Positions 43,401 through 56,011 of a stretch of DNA of 64,000 nt are shown one piece after another. The DNA lies in the NCBI RefSeq assembly GCF_033153115.1, contig NW_026889803.1, positions 33,232,001 through 33,296,000 of the forward strand, written 5' to 3'. The translations under genes and the position numbers were made by a program. The notes below the pieces were generated by a model. The model saw nothing but the letters and a program-made list of their open reading frames with translations, was not told the origin of the DNA and ran no database searches. The first letter of the stretch is position 1, and each line of letters opens with the position of its first letter. This stretch comes from Saccostrea echinata (Eukaryota).

Positions 43401-46400
43401 TATTTTTTTCCCCTGATATTAAGGATGGCTATAGACAATTGGCTCAGATTCCTGCCCAGTCCTTGAAGGGAGTGATCCGTGTTAAGTTTGTCAATGAACA
43501 AGGTCTGGATGAAGCAGGGATTGATCAAGATGGCGTCTTTAAGGAGTTTCTGGAGGAAACTATATCTAAAGTGTTTGATCCTTCACTCAGTCTCTTTAAG
43601 GTATTTTACTAATTAGGTTAGGTAGTTTAAAGTACTAGTGTCAATGTGTTGTTTTTTGTTTGTTTGTTTGTTTGTTGTTTTTTTTTTTTTTGGCATTAAA
43701 TGGAATTTTTTAAAGATTTATATCCATTTTCATTTTAAAATAGGATCTTTTCCCATTTGCATCAGGGAAACTTTTGTCACAGACATTTACTCAATAGAGG
43801 ACAATTTTAGATGAATACATTTACCAACATATTCTTTTAGGTCACTACAGAACAAAAGTTATTTCCTTCATCAACCTCTTTTATTCAAGAAAACCATCTT
43901 CACCTGTTTGATTTTGTGGGGAAAATGCTGGCAAAAGCTGTGTATGAGGTGAGAAAGATATTTAAAAGAACATCATAAAACTTGGGACTTTCTGTAGATA
44001 ATTTGACTTTCACTATTACGTATTATTGTTCCTTGTTTATCAGGGTATAGTTGTGGACGTGCCTTTTGCTCCGTTTTTCTTGACCCAGATCCTTCAGCAT
44101 CACCAGAGCACGATGTACAGTCCTCTAGATGAACTGCCTTCCCTAGATCCAGAGCTAGCAAAGAATCTCTCTTATACCAAGGTAATCATGTTTAGCTCAA
44201 AAGAATATATCTGAATAAAGGTCTAATGGACTTTGTAAACTTTTAACATCCAGATCTACTGGGCCACTTTTGATCTTTGGGCTTAAGGGGATTCTGATTT
44301 GTTTGTATGAAATAAGAATAAGTGGAGAGAGAGTCATTAAATTTTTTTCTGCCAACTCACAGAGTAGGAAAAGACAAAACATATGTAAATAACTTTATCA
44401 TTTAATATAGACTTATTTTTATTAGTCATAGTTTTGTAGGAATAAGTAGGATATACCGGATAATGGAAATTTTCCTCCCATCAGAACATGTAAGGCTGCA
44501 CTGTGAAAGCATCCCCATATATATGTAGTGTGTTTGTTTAAGTAAGTCAAGACCCCCTCAGCAGGGATAGGGCCATAAAAAGATCTAAATCTACACGGCG
44601 ATATATATACATGTCTATATATATGTAGGAGAGTTTAAAAAGATTTCCCTCTGCAGAACAGTAGGTTGGTTATGAAGAGTAATATTAATAGCAGGCATCC
44701 CTGTATACTGCAGAATAAATTTGTTCAAGTCATGATCTTCTGAAGCTAGGATGGACCACTGTTGGGTTTCAGTTTTTTAAAACCTCTGAAATATAGAGGA
44801 AATTATTAATGAAAGAAATCTGTTCTACCTATATTCTGCTATAATTAGTCAAGTTGGATGAAACCATTGTCATAGAGTGCAGTTTCAATTTTCTCCTGCA
44901 AGAAAATGGAACCAAAACAGGGGGTTCAAAGTCTTATAGAAGTATATAAATAATTGTTTGAAAATTGTTCTCCAGAACAGCAAATGTGGAAGTAGCAAAA
45001 GAAAATGCCAGCATTCCCATACATACTCAAGTTTGTTTTAAGTTTTGATGGTTGGGTCACAATATTAAGGATTCATGCTTGTATATAAATATACAAAAGG
45101 AATTGAATGAAAATTCTTCAACATTTTTCTTCTGAAGAACAGCTTAACTGTAATGATCGTATTTGTGTGAATTTATCCTCATTACGGCTTAAAGGTTTAC
45201 AATGGCATTCATAGGGCAAACTTGATTGAGAAATTTTCTCTTAATTGGTGATGTTGTGTAGATTCAAACTTGCAAGAGTTCATAACACTAGGGTCAAAGG
45301 GGGAGGAGTTATGCTTAATTTTATGCCTTCCATGAATATGACTTGGACAAGTAGTGTTTATCATGTCTATCTTCTTCCTCCTGTCCTTGCATCTGTCCAT
45401 CAATCACACTGCTTTTATCTCAGTTTCTAAGAAGCAGTTCAAGGTATATTAACTGACACTCTTACACTGAGCTATGGCATAATTTTCTGACCTTGACCTT
45501 CCCTGTGATCTTGACTTTATTATTCCCTATTTTTCAAGATATTTTATCAAAACTCATACACTGATACATAAAATGGGAACTTTCCAACTGTGTTCATTAT
45601 TTTCTGACCTTGACCTTCCCTGTGACCTTTACTTTTTTGTATTTAGCTCAATTTCAAAGTAACTATTAAAGATATTTTTATCAAGACTCATACACTGATA
45701 CATATTGGTGGGAGCTATTGAAGTATGTCATAATTTCTGACCTTGTCATTCCCTATAACCTTGACCTCAGACTCTCTATTCCTTATTTTACATTTAACTT
45801 ATTTTCAAGGAAATGATTCCTGATATTAATGTCAAACTTCACACAAATATAAAAATTGATGAAAGATATTCAACTGTGTCAGAATTTTCGGACCTTACCT
45901 TGTCCTGTGACCTTGACCTCACCATTAATCACCAAAGGCTCAATGAGCTAATGCTATGGTCATTTGTGCGATGTTAGATGTGTGTTAACTTTTTTGAATG
46001 TGGACCTATACCAAGAACCCCATGACCAATTTTTATCAAATTTGTCACAAAGTATCCTTGGCCCAAGGGCTTTCAGTTATACAAAAATAGGGATCTGACC
46101 CTTAAACAAGAGGAAATAATGAGGGAAATAAACACAGAAGTAGTGGTTGGTAAAAATAATCTTCTCCTCATGGGGCAAGTTATCACCAACTTATGTATAT
46201 GGATGAGTATATGAAGCAGATAAAAAAATATTCAAAGTTGTCATTAAGTATCCTTGGCCCAAGGGCTTTCAGTTATACTAAAAATAGGGATGTGACCCTT
46301 AAACAAGAGGAGATAATGAGGGAAATAAACACAAAAGTAGTGGTTGCTAAAAAAATCTTCTCATGGGGCAGGTTACCACCAACTTGTATAGATGAATGAG

Positions 46401-49400
46401 GATATGAAGTAGATTAAAAACTTTCCAAAGCATGACCCTGGGGCAAAGGGCATGATCCCAAGGTCACTTCAAAGTTGACCTAAAGTAATAATTTGTTAAA
46501 ACTTCAACATTTTACCTCACTATAAGGCATAGGATCATCAATTCTTGTCAGTTGATGCATCTTAGGTTGGAATACGTTGACCAAAAAGTAGGTCACAGTG
46601 ACCTTCTATCAATTTTATCATCATTCATTGTCAAATTCTTTGCATATCTTGGACATGGTAGCATAAGATCATTGAACTTTGTAATTTAATGCATTTTGGT
46701 TCTCAGGGTCTGATGATGAAAAAGTAGTTCATAGTGACCTACTTTCTGAATTTTATGGCTATTAATTTTCAAAGCATTTTAGCTAAATATTTGGATATCA
46801 ACTAACTAAAAATCATCACACCTTTTCAGTTAATACATCTTAGGGCCTTGGGGTAACTAAAAAGTAAATCACTGTGACTTACTTTCTTAATCAGTGCTCA
46901 GTTTACATACTTGTGTATATAGCAGGGTCTAAACTCCAGGTTCAATTCTCTCCTGACTACACCCTATTTCACCTATAATCCTTATAATCGTTTTCTAGCA
47001 GAAAATGCTCCCAAAGAGCACTTAAATTAAAAACATTTTTATTCTCAATGTTCTCAATATGACAAGCAAAAATAGAGATATTTTGATAAAAAAAAACAAA
47101 TATACTTGGAAAAAAATCACATTTGGAGAACTATTTAATATATTTAACAATGTGGCACTCTCCCTTTCCATCATCCCCTTGTCCCACCCACAGTTTTCCC
47201 TCTCTGTCCAGACATACTCCCCTGGGGCTCTGTAAGCCATATTTGTCACTAAGAAGATTCATCAGAAATTTGCCATCTTTATCCAGAAGCAACACAGAAT
47301 TGTTCCCAAAGTCAGAGAGAATAATGTTCATCAAAGAATCACAGCAAACACTTCTAGGGAAAAAGAATTGTTTAGTCTCCTCCAGACCTTTGAATTTCCA
47401 CTGGAGTGTTCCTTTAGTGTCTATGGCAGTGACATAGTGAGTTTGGAGGTGGTCGTCTAGGACAATGTAGTTTTCATCACCATTTTGAGCTACTCGATTG
47501 GGAGCATTGAGAAGATGGTTGGCAATATCTCTGCTATTTTGGTACTTGTCCCCAAAGTAAATTCTTAGACTACCAGTCAATCCTGAGATGCAGACGACAA
47601 GTTCTTGTCTGTTGTTCAGGCACATGCCCTTTGGGTTTGATGGAGAAGTTTTTATGAATGTTTGTGGCTTTCCTTTGTTCTCAATTTTCCAAATGCAATG
47701 GTTGAACCTGTCTGATGCAAGAAGGCAGTCTTTTTTTAAGAGAAGGAAACACTCAGGTTTGAACTGCAGGTTCAGGTTCTCCATCTCCACTGCTGTGCCT
47801 TTTTCCTGTTTATATGAATATTTGGTAAGCAGTTTTTCATCATGGAAGCTTACCCATACTTCATTGGCTGAACAGGCTTGGATATTTGATACTGGAAGTT
47901 TGCAGGAAAAACTGCTGTGCATACTGACTTGCAGAATACTGCCAACCATGCGTTTTAGAGTTCTTTCTGATATTTCAGCAGGAAAAAATCTGGAAGGTAT
48001 TGGCATGGACAGTGTTGGAGGTGTAGCAAGAGAGTCCCTCAGATGAGGGAGTGTGTCAAGAAATTCCTTGATTTCCAATATTCCTTTTTCTGACATTCCC
48101 TCACTCTTTCTGATTTCATCTTCAATTTCCCACTTTCGTGTAACTATTTCTTGCAATTCACTGTTTATTTGATTGCTGTGAGCTGCAAGGGTTGTTTGGA
48201 CGGATTCTATCATGTCATCGCACAAATTATCAACCATTGTTTTCAGCATTTCTCTCTGTCCATTAATTGTCATCTTCACAGCAACTATTTCTGATTCATA
48301 ACTGCCCCTTTGTGCTTTAGCCTGGTCTTCCAAAGCCTGATAAACTGGACAGATATTCTCTCTCCAATGTTTGGTATACTTGATTACTTCTTTTATTTTC
48401 TCATCTTTGGCCTGATTGATACTTGAATACTTGTGTCCGTTATGGGAATCAATCAAGCAATCTCTACAGATTGGAATGTCACACATCTTACAGTGGACAG
48501 CATAGAATTTGAAATGTTCAGGGCACTTTGACTCGGCCATGGGGAGGACCATATGATCATCTTTGACTTGCTGTGGATGGTTCTTCCAGCATTCTGCACA
48601 CAGTTTTTCTGCACAGTCTACACAGTATGCTGGCAGACTCCTGTTTACACAACAGATACCACACTTCAGAAGATCCTGTGGGGTGCCCATTTCTGCAATA
48701 AAATGGAGTAAATTTCATGACTTATTCCTCAAATTCATACGAATGATACCTTTGTTTTGCAATAAGCAATGAAGGTACATGTACCAAGTACTGTGGTAGC
48801 ATGTCTGTGTATCTACATGATACTTGTTTCTGGTAGGAAATACAAGTACAGTTTGATTTATGACTATATATGTACATCACTGTAGCAGGTGGACTTCACC
48901 CACAAGATGTCAAAACATAATATTATAAAATTGTTTAGTGTGTTCTGATATCAAATACAGGTTAACAACTTTACAGATATTTTGTATGAGTTAAGAATGA
49001 ACATGAACATTAAGTGTATCTATATTTACATAAAAATAATTATAATATTATTTAATTGTAAGTTAGAAAATACCATCAACACATCACCTATTTGACACTG
49101 TCTGAAAGATTAACGGATCCTACTGAAATTATATTACTATTTTCTCTTGCATTTTTTGCTTAACAACAGAAAATTAGTTTAAGCTAAAATTTTCTGAGCA
49201 GTGTGTAAAACTTCTCCAAAAAAAGCAACACAAGAAAAATAATTAATATAAAGAAGTACTTACTGATCTATAAAGAAGGATAAAATTTGGGGTCCTCCTT
49301 TAATCTGTGGTATTTGTATGTAATGTATATTTACACTATATCCTACACTTATTCTTTATCAGACCTTTGATAATAAGAAGCGAATCAGTTTTGAACATGG

Positions 49401-52400
49401 AGGTGTTAAGTTTGTAACCCCCTTCCCTGTTTTGTACAACTGATATGGATTTTCCAGAATTACATTTTAGATATCCACCTCCATCTGGTCATAGTCTAAA
49501 ATTAGCTGCATGATCATATGACCTCAAATTTTTCAAGTGGTACAGAATTACTAAGTGTAGGTTTTCCTATCAAGCTAGTTTCTAAAAACTTATTAATGTG
49601 AATCAGCTGGATAAAGCTTGTTATGGGTGACATATAGGACACCTCCTCCCTAAACACAGTAATTATAAAGATGCTGATCCCAATTAATGAATAGAAATTG
49701 GTCGAATTTGTACAGCATAAAATATTTAATGCTTGTGTTTGGTAACATATTAAGTCATTTCATCGATCAGTCACTGATTTGGATCAGACAATAGTTACAA
49801 AGATCTTGACCTTCAAGATATTGCAATGACACACTGCTCATGAAGCAAGAATAAATTCTTTTTGATGCATTGAGACATTTTCATTTGTAGCTTTAGAGAT
49901 GGTTAGAGACCAGACTAATTCTTTAGGCTGAAGCTTCTGCTTGTCTTCAGTCAAGGTCAAGACATGATTTAAGTGAGAATGAATACTGCATCAAATAATT
50001 ACAGTAAACTTGTTTAGTACTAACACAGATATAGTGAGATCCCTGGCAAAATTCTTAACAATTTTTTGATTTTTATAGTTCCCTAGAGGTTAAAAATGAC
50101 AAAATATACATCTTTTACTACAATTTTTTTTAAGAATGCAAAATCTAAAATAATGAAATGACAATTTTTCATAAGTATTTATATTTTAAATTTAATTTAT
50201 CCAAGAACTTTTAAGTTCACCTAGGTAAGTTTTTGTTATTTATTGTTCCCTGAAAATATTTGTCAGTCATACTTGAAGGGAAACGTGTACATCTAGTACA
50301 ATTTCCCTATAATTACCTATTTTAATGAAATTCCTTATACAGATATAACAAATAACGCATATGATGAAGTAAATCTAAGGGTCCCCAGGACTTCACTATG
50401 AATGTTACTGTATAGTCATGATTGTCATTTTTTGGCTTTTATAAAAATTTGGCCCCTTAAAGACTTTTGGCTCACTTAAAGTTGAAGGAAGAACAGTGCA
50501 TGCTCATGTAATGAGCATTCTAAAATTCAGATTATGGCTCATCTAGCAAAATTTTCTGAGGAATATACATCTAGAATTTTTTTTTCTTCACAGTCATGCT
50601 ACAAAAATATGACCAATTAAGAATTTTTTATGTCGCTTACAGATTTACCATTGTGATATCTTAACTATAAATTTAAAGGTCGATTTCAACTCTAAGACCT
50701 AACATACACACATGGTTTTGTAAATATTCACCGATATATATGCAGTTAAAGTTTTGATATGAACATAATGTAATGTTGAAAAACACATTCCACTGCAAAT
50801 CTTAATGTCGCTTCATTTATTTATAAATTTCAAGATGAAATTTTCAGCCGTAAAATCGTTCCAAATAGATTGCAATGAATGTTAAAAAATGTCTTTTATC
50901 CTATATAAAAAGAAATCAAACCACTTCTCGCAAAGAAATGCATAGATCTCCTTTCATGCGAATTTATAAGCATGTCGCTAAAACTCGATTAACTTCCGTA
51001 ACGATTTTATTATAAATTTCACGCATAGAATGCAGATTTCAAAAAGAACTGAAACTTATCTGAAAGTGACCACGGAACCTTATATCATCGATTCTAGTTG
51101 CGAGTCAGCTATTTTAGACGATTACATTTTCGACATAACAAAATGAATTAGACAAAAACAGTTGTCTCTCTTAAAAATTTAACTTCCATAATGGTAATTC
51201 AGGAAAGTTTTTGCATTAAAGGTATAAAATTTTTTATTATTTTGGGAGAGAAATGCTTTATACTTTTGTTTAATATCCTAAAACAAACTTTGATTTTAAC
51301 TATTGAAGAGAATTTTTAACTTTTATTGCTGGGAATTAACTTCCGTAACGATTAACCTCTGTAACGATATTTTTCCCGAAAATTTGATTTAAATTCGGAT
51401 TCATGCCAGACTTCATGAATCATACTTTAGCGTTCTTTACTGATCATCAGAAACGAAAAATTGGTCAAATTCAGCTTTATTTTAAAAATAATAAGGCTTG
51501 ATCAAGCAATAACTTCAGTAACATTACATTAAAATCAATGGTATCTTGAAATTGTTGTAAAAAGTTAACGATACCAGATTTGTGGACAATTCTTTGTTTT
51601 CAAGTTCACTGATATGTCCTTTAGAGAAGTATGATGTTCATTTTACTATTTGAAACAATTATTTTTTTCATGTTTCTTACTCTGAATTGGTCCATTTATC
51701 GTAGAATGACTGTTCAATGTTTTACATGAAATAAATAGCAGGGCTTCACTTGTCAGATTCATATATAACCTTTTTTTTTTTTTTTGTGGTTGAGTTCAAA
51801 TTTGTTCACACAAGGGCTCCTTGGACAAGGGTTGCTTCAATTAAGTTTTGATATTAAAATACACATATTGGGGAAATCTTTGAAAGCTTTTCTGATAATA
51901 ACAGGACCACAATTTGTCAAATTATTATCATGTCTCCCCAAGTAGATTAAACTTGTGGCCATAGAAGGGTAAGATAGGGCCACAAAAGATAGAAGGCAAA
52001 GATTACATATATATATATTGGAGGAATCTGAGGAATTTTTTTTTACTGGTAAGCCTTTTTGGAAGAAAAATATTCACAGAATTTTTAACAAGTATTAAAT
52101 GGAGTCACAAGTATTGAAAATGCAGAAATTAGATTGTTTATTATTACTTAAAAAGGTCACATTGCAGATATTTTGAATTTCTTAGATTGCCTGGTATGAT
52201 AGTGTTTTTATGAGTTAACTTTATGTTAAATTTCAGGTGAAGGATATACTTAAAAAATAAGTAGGAATTTAAAATTTGAATTAGCCTTAATAGAGGAATT
52301 AGAAATTGAATAAAAAATTTAGTAAAATTTGTGTTTCCGTGTGTTCATTTCAACAACATTTGAAAAAAATCAAATAACAATAATGCATCTTTTGGGAAAA

Positions 52401-55400
52401 AGTATACTGTAACTTATAGATCATTAATAACTACTCACCTAAAGCACATTTCTCGATGAAAACATGAAAATTATTGTTAAATGTTTACCTCAACAATAGC
52501 TTGTTATCAATGCACTTCTAGACAGATATATTTCATGGCACATGGACTTATAAAACACTTGGCATTTCCCTTTTACTGATATTTTGTAACAACGTAATTC
52601 TACCGTATACATCATGTGATGCTTCACATACTTCCTCTTTGTATTATTTAATGTTTACAAATATAGGTATTGATTTAAGCTCATTATAATTATAATGGTG
52701 AATGAGTATTATGATAAATATGAGATAGTTAAATTATCAGCACTTTATTTCCCTGTATAAGTATGTTAATGGCAATGATAGTGAGTTCAAGTCTGATCTC
52801 CTACAGGCAGATGTATTATACTTGATAAAACGGAATTATTGACTGTTTATTTACCCAAACAGGCTAACCAAATGAGGTACCCACTTCAGTGGTAATGATG
52901 TTCTAATATGATAATCACTTGATAGCAAATTGTTTACACTTCATTGTTCTCTCTGAATAAGCATTGTGAAGGAGATGTCGATGACCTTGACCTGACCTTT
53001 GTTTTTTTTTTTTAAATTAGCATTATGAAGGAGATGTAAGTGACCTTGACCTGACCTTCTCCTGTGATGAAGACTGTATGGGGAGACTGGAGACACACGA
53101 ACTTATTCCAGGAGGGAAAGCCATGCCAGTCACCAATGAAAATAAGTAAGGGTAGTACTTGAGTTTGAAATTCTACATTCTTACTCTTCCATTTTAGAAA
53201 TACGATGTTGAAGGTAGTCAGAGAGGCTTTTTGCCATGTTTATTTGTTGCAAGAATATCTGTTTTAATTGTATTTTTTAAAAAAGAACAAGGGAAGTAAG
53301 GCAAAAGAAATATCTGTACCTGTGATTTGATAAACAAATTATTTTATGATAAAAAAAAAAGGCTGAAAAAAGGAATGCATAAGCAGTTACTGCAGAGATT
53401 GAACCCAAACAATTAAAATCCTGACAGTCAGTTTTGACAGTGAGACCAACTCATTATACAATAAGGCATACAACCCATAACAAGCTATTCTATATATGAA
53501 TAATTTCAATATTTATGAGATAGTGGAATTTTTTTTTGATTTTACAGCAAGTATGCACTGATGTACACTGATGTATTAAAGAAAATTTAGATTATGTTTA
53601 AAGTTTTCTCCAACTATGGGCATTTCTCCACTCATTTGCCCTTGTTCTTTTAAAACATGGTTATGTTCCATGTCAGGAGAGGCCATAAACAGATCCCAAG
53701 AAAAATTAATTATTTTGATTTTTTTTTAATACATGATGGTGTTAAGGGATTGCTTTGTTTTATTCAGGATTCTGTATGTTCACCTGATGGCCCATTTCCG
53801 GATGTATCGCCAAATTAAGGAGCAAACAGCAGCATTTCGGAGAGGATTTCAGACTGTCATCAATCCTGATTTGCTTCTGATGTTTTCAGCTCCAGAATTC
53901 CAGAAACTAATATCTGGGGACAATGCTGACCTGGATATTCAAGATCTTAGGTACATGATAAGTGAATTTAACCATGTATACATACTGTTCAATTTATATC
54001 TATAGATGCTTATTATATATACTAGTATTTAATGAAGGAATATTAGATTGTTTATTTTCTCAGTTCTGACTTTATTTCTTTACAGACGTCACACTCGATA
54101 CTATGGAGGTTATCACAACAGCCATAAAGTCATCAGCTGGCTGTGGGACATTGTCACAAATAACTTCACTCCCCAGGAGAGAGGTTTATTTCTCAAGGTA
54201 GTTAACAACTTGTAGTCAAAAATTTTTATCAAATCAAACAGCTTTAAAAAGACCTAAAGCAATGTTAATGCATACATATTGTGCTTATGAGAAAGAGATC
54301 CTGACAGGTCTATCTGTTTGATATAAGAATCTATCATGAGTATCCATTTGGAATAAGGAAATCTCACCAGAGGGGTGGATATTTTTGTGTAAGGACCAGG
54401 CTTGTCAAGTATCTGAGTTTACGTTCCCTGATGATGGATTATTTCTCTTCTATTTATGGTCTTTGAATTATTAATGCTTGCTGACTGATGATTGCTTGAA
54501 ACACAATAGTAAACAAGAATGAAATGATGATGCATGCTCAGTCAGAAAGATTATACCTGAAAACACTTTACACTAAAGTGTACATTTAAACTGAAAAATT
54601 GTCTCTTTTTTTTAGAAATAGGAAAAATCTACAGAGCTTAATTTCTTTCCTAATTGTTTTCCAAAGTGTAAAGTGTTATGTCAAAGGTGTGAGATAGGCA
54701 TATCTCACATGGCTTTCTCACATGGGAGAATCCTATCATACAACTAGGCAATAAAGAAATATTTTTCATGTACTTGCATCATACAGCTTTGTTCAAGTAA
54801 GATTAGACTGAATGAGATCTACATTTTTTTTCAGTTTGTGACCAGTTGCTCTAAGCCTCCATTACTAGGCTTTGCTCATCTGGAACCCCCTTTCTCTGTT
54901 CGCTGTGTAGAAGTCAGCGATGATCAGGTATGTACTGATGATTCCAGTCAAACACATTTATTTTCAGTGATCTTTTGCATTTCTCCAGAGGAATGAACAT
55001 TGATATTTTTAATTATTAATTCAGGTACATGTGATTATGAACTTTTCATTTGTATCATCTAAAGTGTTTGTGGAATATGCCTTAAACTTTCTCATTCAGA
55101 TTCAAACATTTGAGAATAGATTATGGTGAATTAAATTTGAATCATGTCTACCTTTAAATCAAAAATTGAACAGCTATATTAATTCATGTATAGTAACTTT
55201 TATGGTAATTTCCAGATTAGCTACAACTTTGTCATACTGTATATAGGATTATTTTTGCCCATGTTATTTCGCTCTTTCAAACTTGCAATCATTGTCGCAA
55301 ACCACGGCCAAAATGTACGATCCTCTCCCATTCTGGCCATGGTTGAATGAGAAGAGAATATTTCACAACTTATTAAAATATTGACCAATGCGAGTAAAGA

Positions 55401-56011
55401 ATAGTCGGAAAATGAAGTTTGATGCGACCTTTCAATACCCAATCGCAGTATACAAAACATTTCTTGTATACTGTTGATGTCAATTGTTGGCTGAACATGA
55501 TGTCACAATATAGAGGCGTAAATATTCAAGATAACAGCACTTTTTGTGATCAAGCAGTCACTGGTATGAGAGAGGTATGTGTGGACTCCGGACTGTGGCT
55601 TGAGACGATGACTTGCATTTCAACTTTGCTAAGATTTAAATTCACCCAGTCACAGTTGTGTAATAAAGATGATGTCCAATTTGAATTTGCCCCATTTTAA
55701 ATTCATGATCATACACTTGTGACAAGGGCAATAGAGGCAAAAATAAAACAGTGGCTAAAAATTTCTCTGTATATTATAGTAATTATCTTTATAGGAAACA
55801 ATTATAATTTCTTTACCAGGATACAGGAGATACAGTAGGGAGTGTTCTTAAGGGATTTTTCAACCTCAAGAAGAAAGACCCCATAGGTCGCCTCCCCACC
55901 TCCTCAACCTGCTTCAACCTCCTGAAGCTGCCAAACTATCAGAAGAAATCCACTCTCAGAGACAAACTCAGATATGCCATTACTTCTAACACAGGATTCG
56001 AGCTTTCTTGA
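28444..56011 (+). CDS. UBE3B: HECT E3 ubiquitin ligase UBE3B with N-terminal IQ motif, 1068 aa, 29 coding exons
   Basis: Phase-consistent GT-AG exons: 28444-28557, 28775-28824, 28935-29005, 29669-29733, 29972-30034, 30962-31066, 33354-33453, 33775-33860, 34767-34849, 35142-35247, 35912-36032, 37497-37531, 37640-37669, 37758-37870, 38164-38312, 39870-40025, 40285-40459, 41053-41171, 42009-42129, 42473-42569, 42909-43028, 43424-43600, 43841-43948, 44044-44181, 53021-53145, 53768-53950, 54086-54197, 54835-54927, 55820-56011 (3207 nt). IQ motif [11 protein letters not shown]; HECT motif [16 protein letters not shown]; UBE3B-type [13 protein letters not shown]; catalytic [14 protein letters not shown]; ends GFELS*. 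Confidence 0.96.
30465..30835. repeat. Minisatellite, ~35-bp unit, ~10 copies
   Basis: Unit ACAAGTCCTACTCCTGTAGTCAGTTGTATAGTATA. Confidence 0.9.
31099..31929. mobile_element. MITE with perfect 31-bp TIR and 5-bp TSD
   Basis: CAGTCAGGGGTGAGACTGAAATCCGTCATTT at both ends, inverted; GTAAT at 31094-31098 and 31930-31934. Confidence 0.88.
31966..32552 (-). mobile_element. HINE/Helentron-like element
   Basis: Perfect hairpin TAGACGGGGTCACGTGACCCCGTCTA at one end; matching TGACCCCGTCT at the other. Confidence 0.55.
32989..33404 (+). repeat. 60-bp tandem array (7 units) made of the UBE3B exon 7 splice acceptor plus exon start
   Basis: Unit TGTTTATTTGTAG|GCTGAGAATCACTCTGATATGAAGTCAATCTGTATTTGACTATACTG; last unit is the real exon start at 33354. 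Confidence 0.95.
33894..34481. mobile_element. TA-flanked MITE (Tc1/mariner type)
   Basis: Perfect 22-bp TIR CCGTAAATCTGGAAATTTTTAC; TA on both sides. Confidence 0.88.
36129..37090 (-). mobile_element. Decayed mariner element
   Basis: TIR CGAGGGGTGATCAAAAAGTTCGCGAACTA, TA flanks; minus strand ~36439-36335 reads [32 protein letters not shown], a degenerate HPPYSPDL motif region. Confidence 0.82.
37116..37354. mobile_element. TA-flanked MITE
   Basis: TA|CAGTCAAACCTG ... CAGGTCTGACTG|TA. Confidence 0.6.
38291..39389 (+). repeat. 23-24-bp minisatellite (~45 units) made of the UBE3B exon 15 end plus splice donor
   Basis: Unit AAGG(A/G)ACCCTCTCCCTCAAAAA|GT; first unit is the exon end (KEPSPSK) with donor GTAAG at 38313. 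Confidence 0.95.
40442..40609 (+). repeat. 22-bp tandem array (~7.5 units) made of the UBE3B exon 17 end plus splice donor
   Basis: Unit TGCTATCATTATATCAT|GTAAG; real donor at 40460. Confidence 0.93.
41363..41985. mobile_element. Non-autonomous element with long terminal hairpin (41363-41507)
   Basis: ATAAATGGTGTCTGTTT...AAAACCATTGTCAACC / GGTTGACAATGGTTTT...AAACAGGCACCATTTAT; inner inverted TTATTATACT / AGTATAATAA. Confidence 0.7.
44440..46930. repeat. Cluster of degenerate Helentron-type/tandem repeats in UBE3B intron 24
   Basis: Repeated TGACCTTGACCTT units (45480-45920); ~195-bp direct duplication at 46050 / 46246; GGTCACAGTGACCT units. Confidence 0.55.
47131..48690 (-). CDS. RING-less TRIM-like protein (two B-boxes, coiled coil, NHL/beta-propeller), 519 aa, nested antisense in UBE3B intron 24
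   Basis: Uninterrupted [24 protein letters not shown] (B-box1) and [25 protein letters not shown] (B-box2), helical middle, NHL-like repeats ([33 protein letters not shown]; [16 protein letters not shown]). Acceptor ttttattgcAG 2 nt before the ATG implies a 5'UTR intron. Minus-strand AATAAA at 47043-47038. Confidence 0.92.
   Translation of the reverse strand: MGTPQDLLKCGICCVNRSLPAYCVDCAEKLCAECWKNHPQQVKDDHMVLPMAESKCPEHFKFYAVHCKMCDIPICRDCLIDSHNGHKYSSINQAKDEKIKEVIKYTKHWRENICPVYQALEDQAKAQRGSYESEIVAVKMTINGQREMLKTMVDNLCDDMIESVQTTLAAHSNQINSELQEIVTRKWEIEDEIRKSEGMSEKGILEIKEFLDTLPHLRDSLATPPTLSMPIPSRFFPAEISERTLKRMVGSILQVSMHSSFSCKLPVSNIQACSANEVWVSFHDEKLLTKYSYKQEKGTAVEMENLNLQFKPECFLLLKKDCLLASDRFNHCIWKIENKGKPQTFIKTSPSNPKGMCLNNRQELVVCISGLTGSLRIYFGDKYQNSRDIANHLLNAPNRVAQNGDENYIVLDDHLQTHYVTAIDTKGTLQWKFKGLEETKQFFFPRSVCCDSLMNIILSDFGNNSVLLLDKDGKFLMNLLSDKYGLQSPRGVCLDREGKLWVGQGDDGKGECHIVKYIK
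50591..51712. mobile_element. Non-autonomous DNA transposon with imperfect ~32-bp TIR
   Basis: CAGTCATGCTACAAAAATATGACCAATTAAGA vs reverse complement CAGTCATTCTACGATAAATGGACCAATTCAGA; 4-bp flanking repeat TTCA; internal TAACTTCCGTAACGATT repeats. Confidence 0.6.
52960..53059 (+). repeat. Diverged tandem duplication of the UBE3B exon 25 acceptor and first 13 codons
   Basis: AG|CATTGTGAAGGAGATGTCGATGACCTTGACCTGACCTT (52962) vs AG|CATTATGAAGGAGATGTAAGTGACCTTGACCTGACCTT (53021). Confidence 0.92.

Noticed and set aside
47123-48772. Plus-strand ORFs 47123-47437, 47588-48046 and 48563-48772
   Set aside because: Antisense shadows of the TRIM-like CDS with no recognisable motifs.
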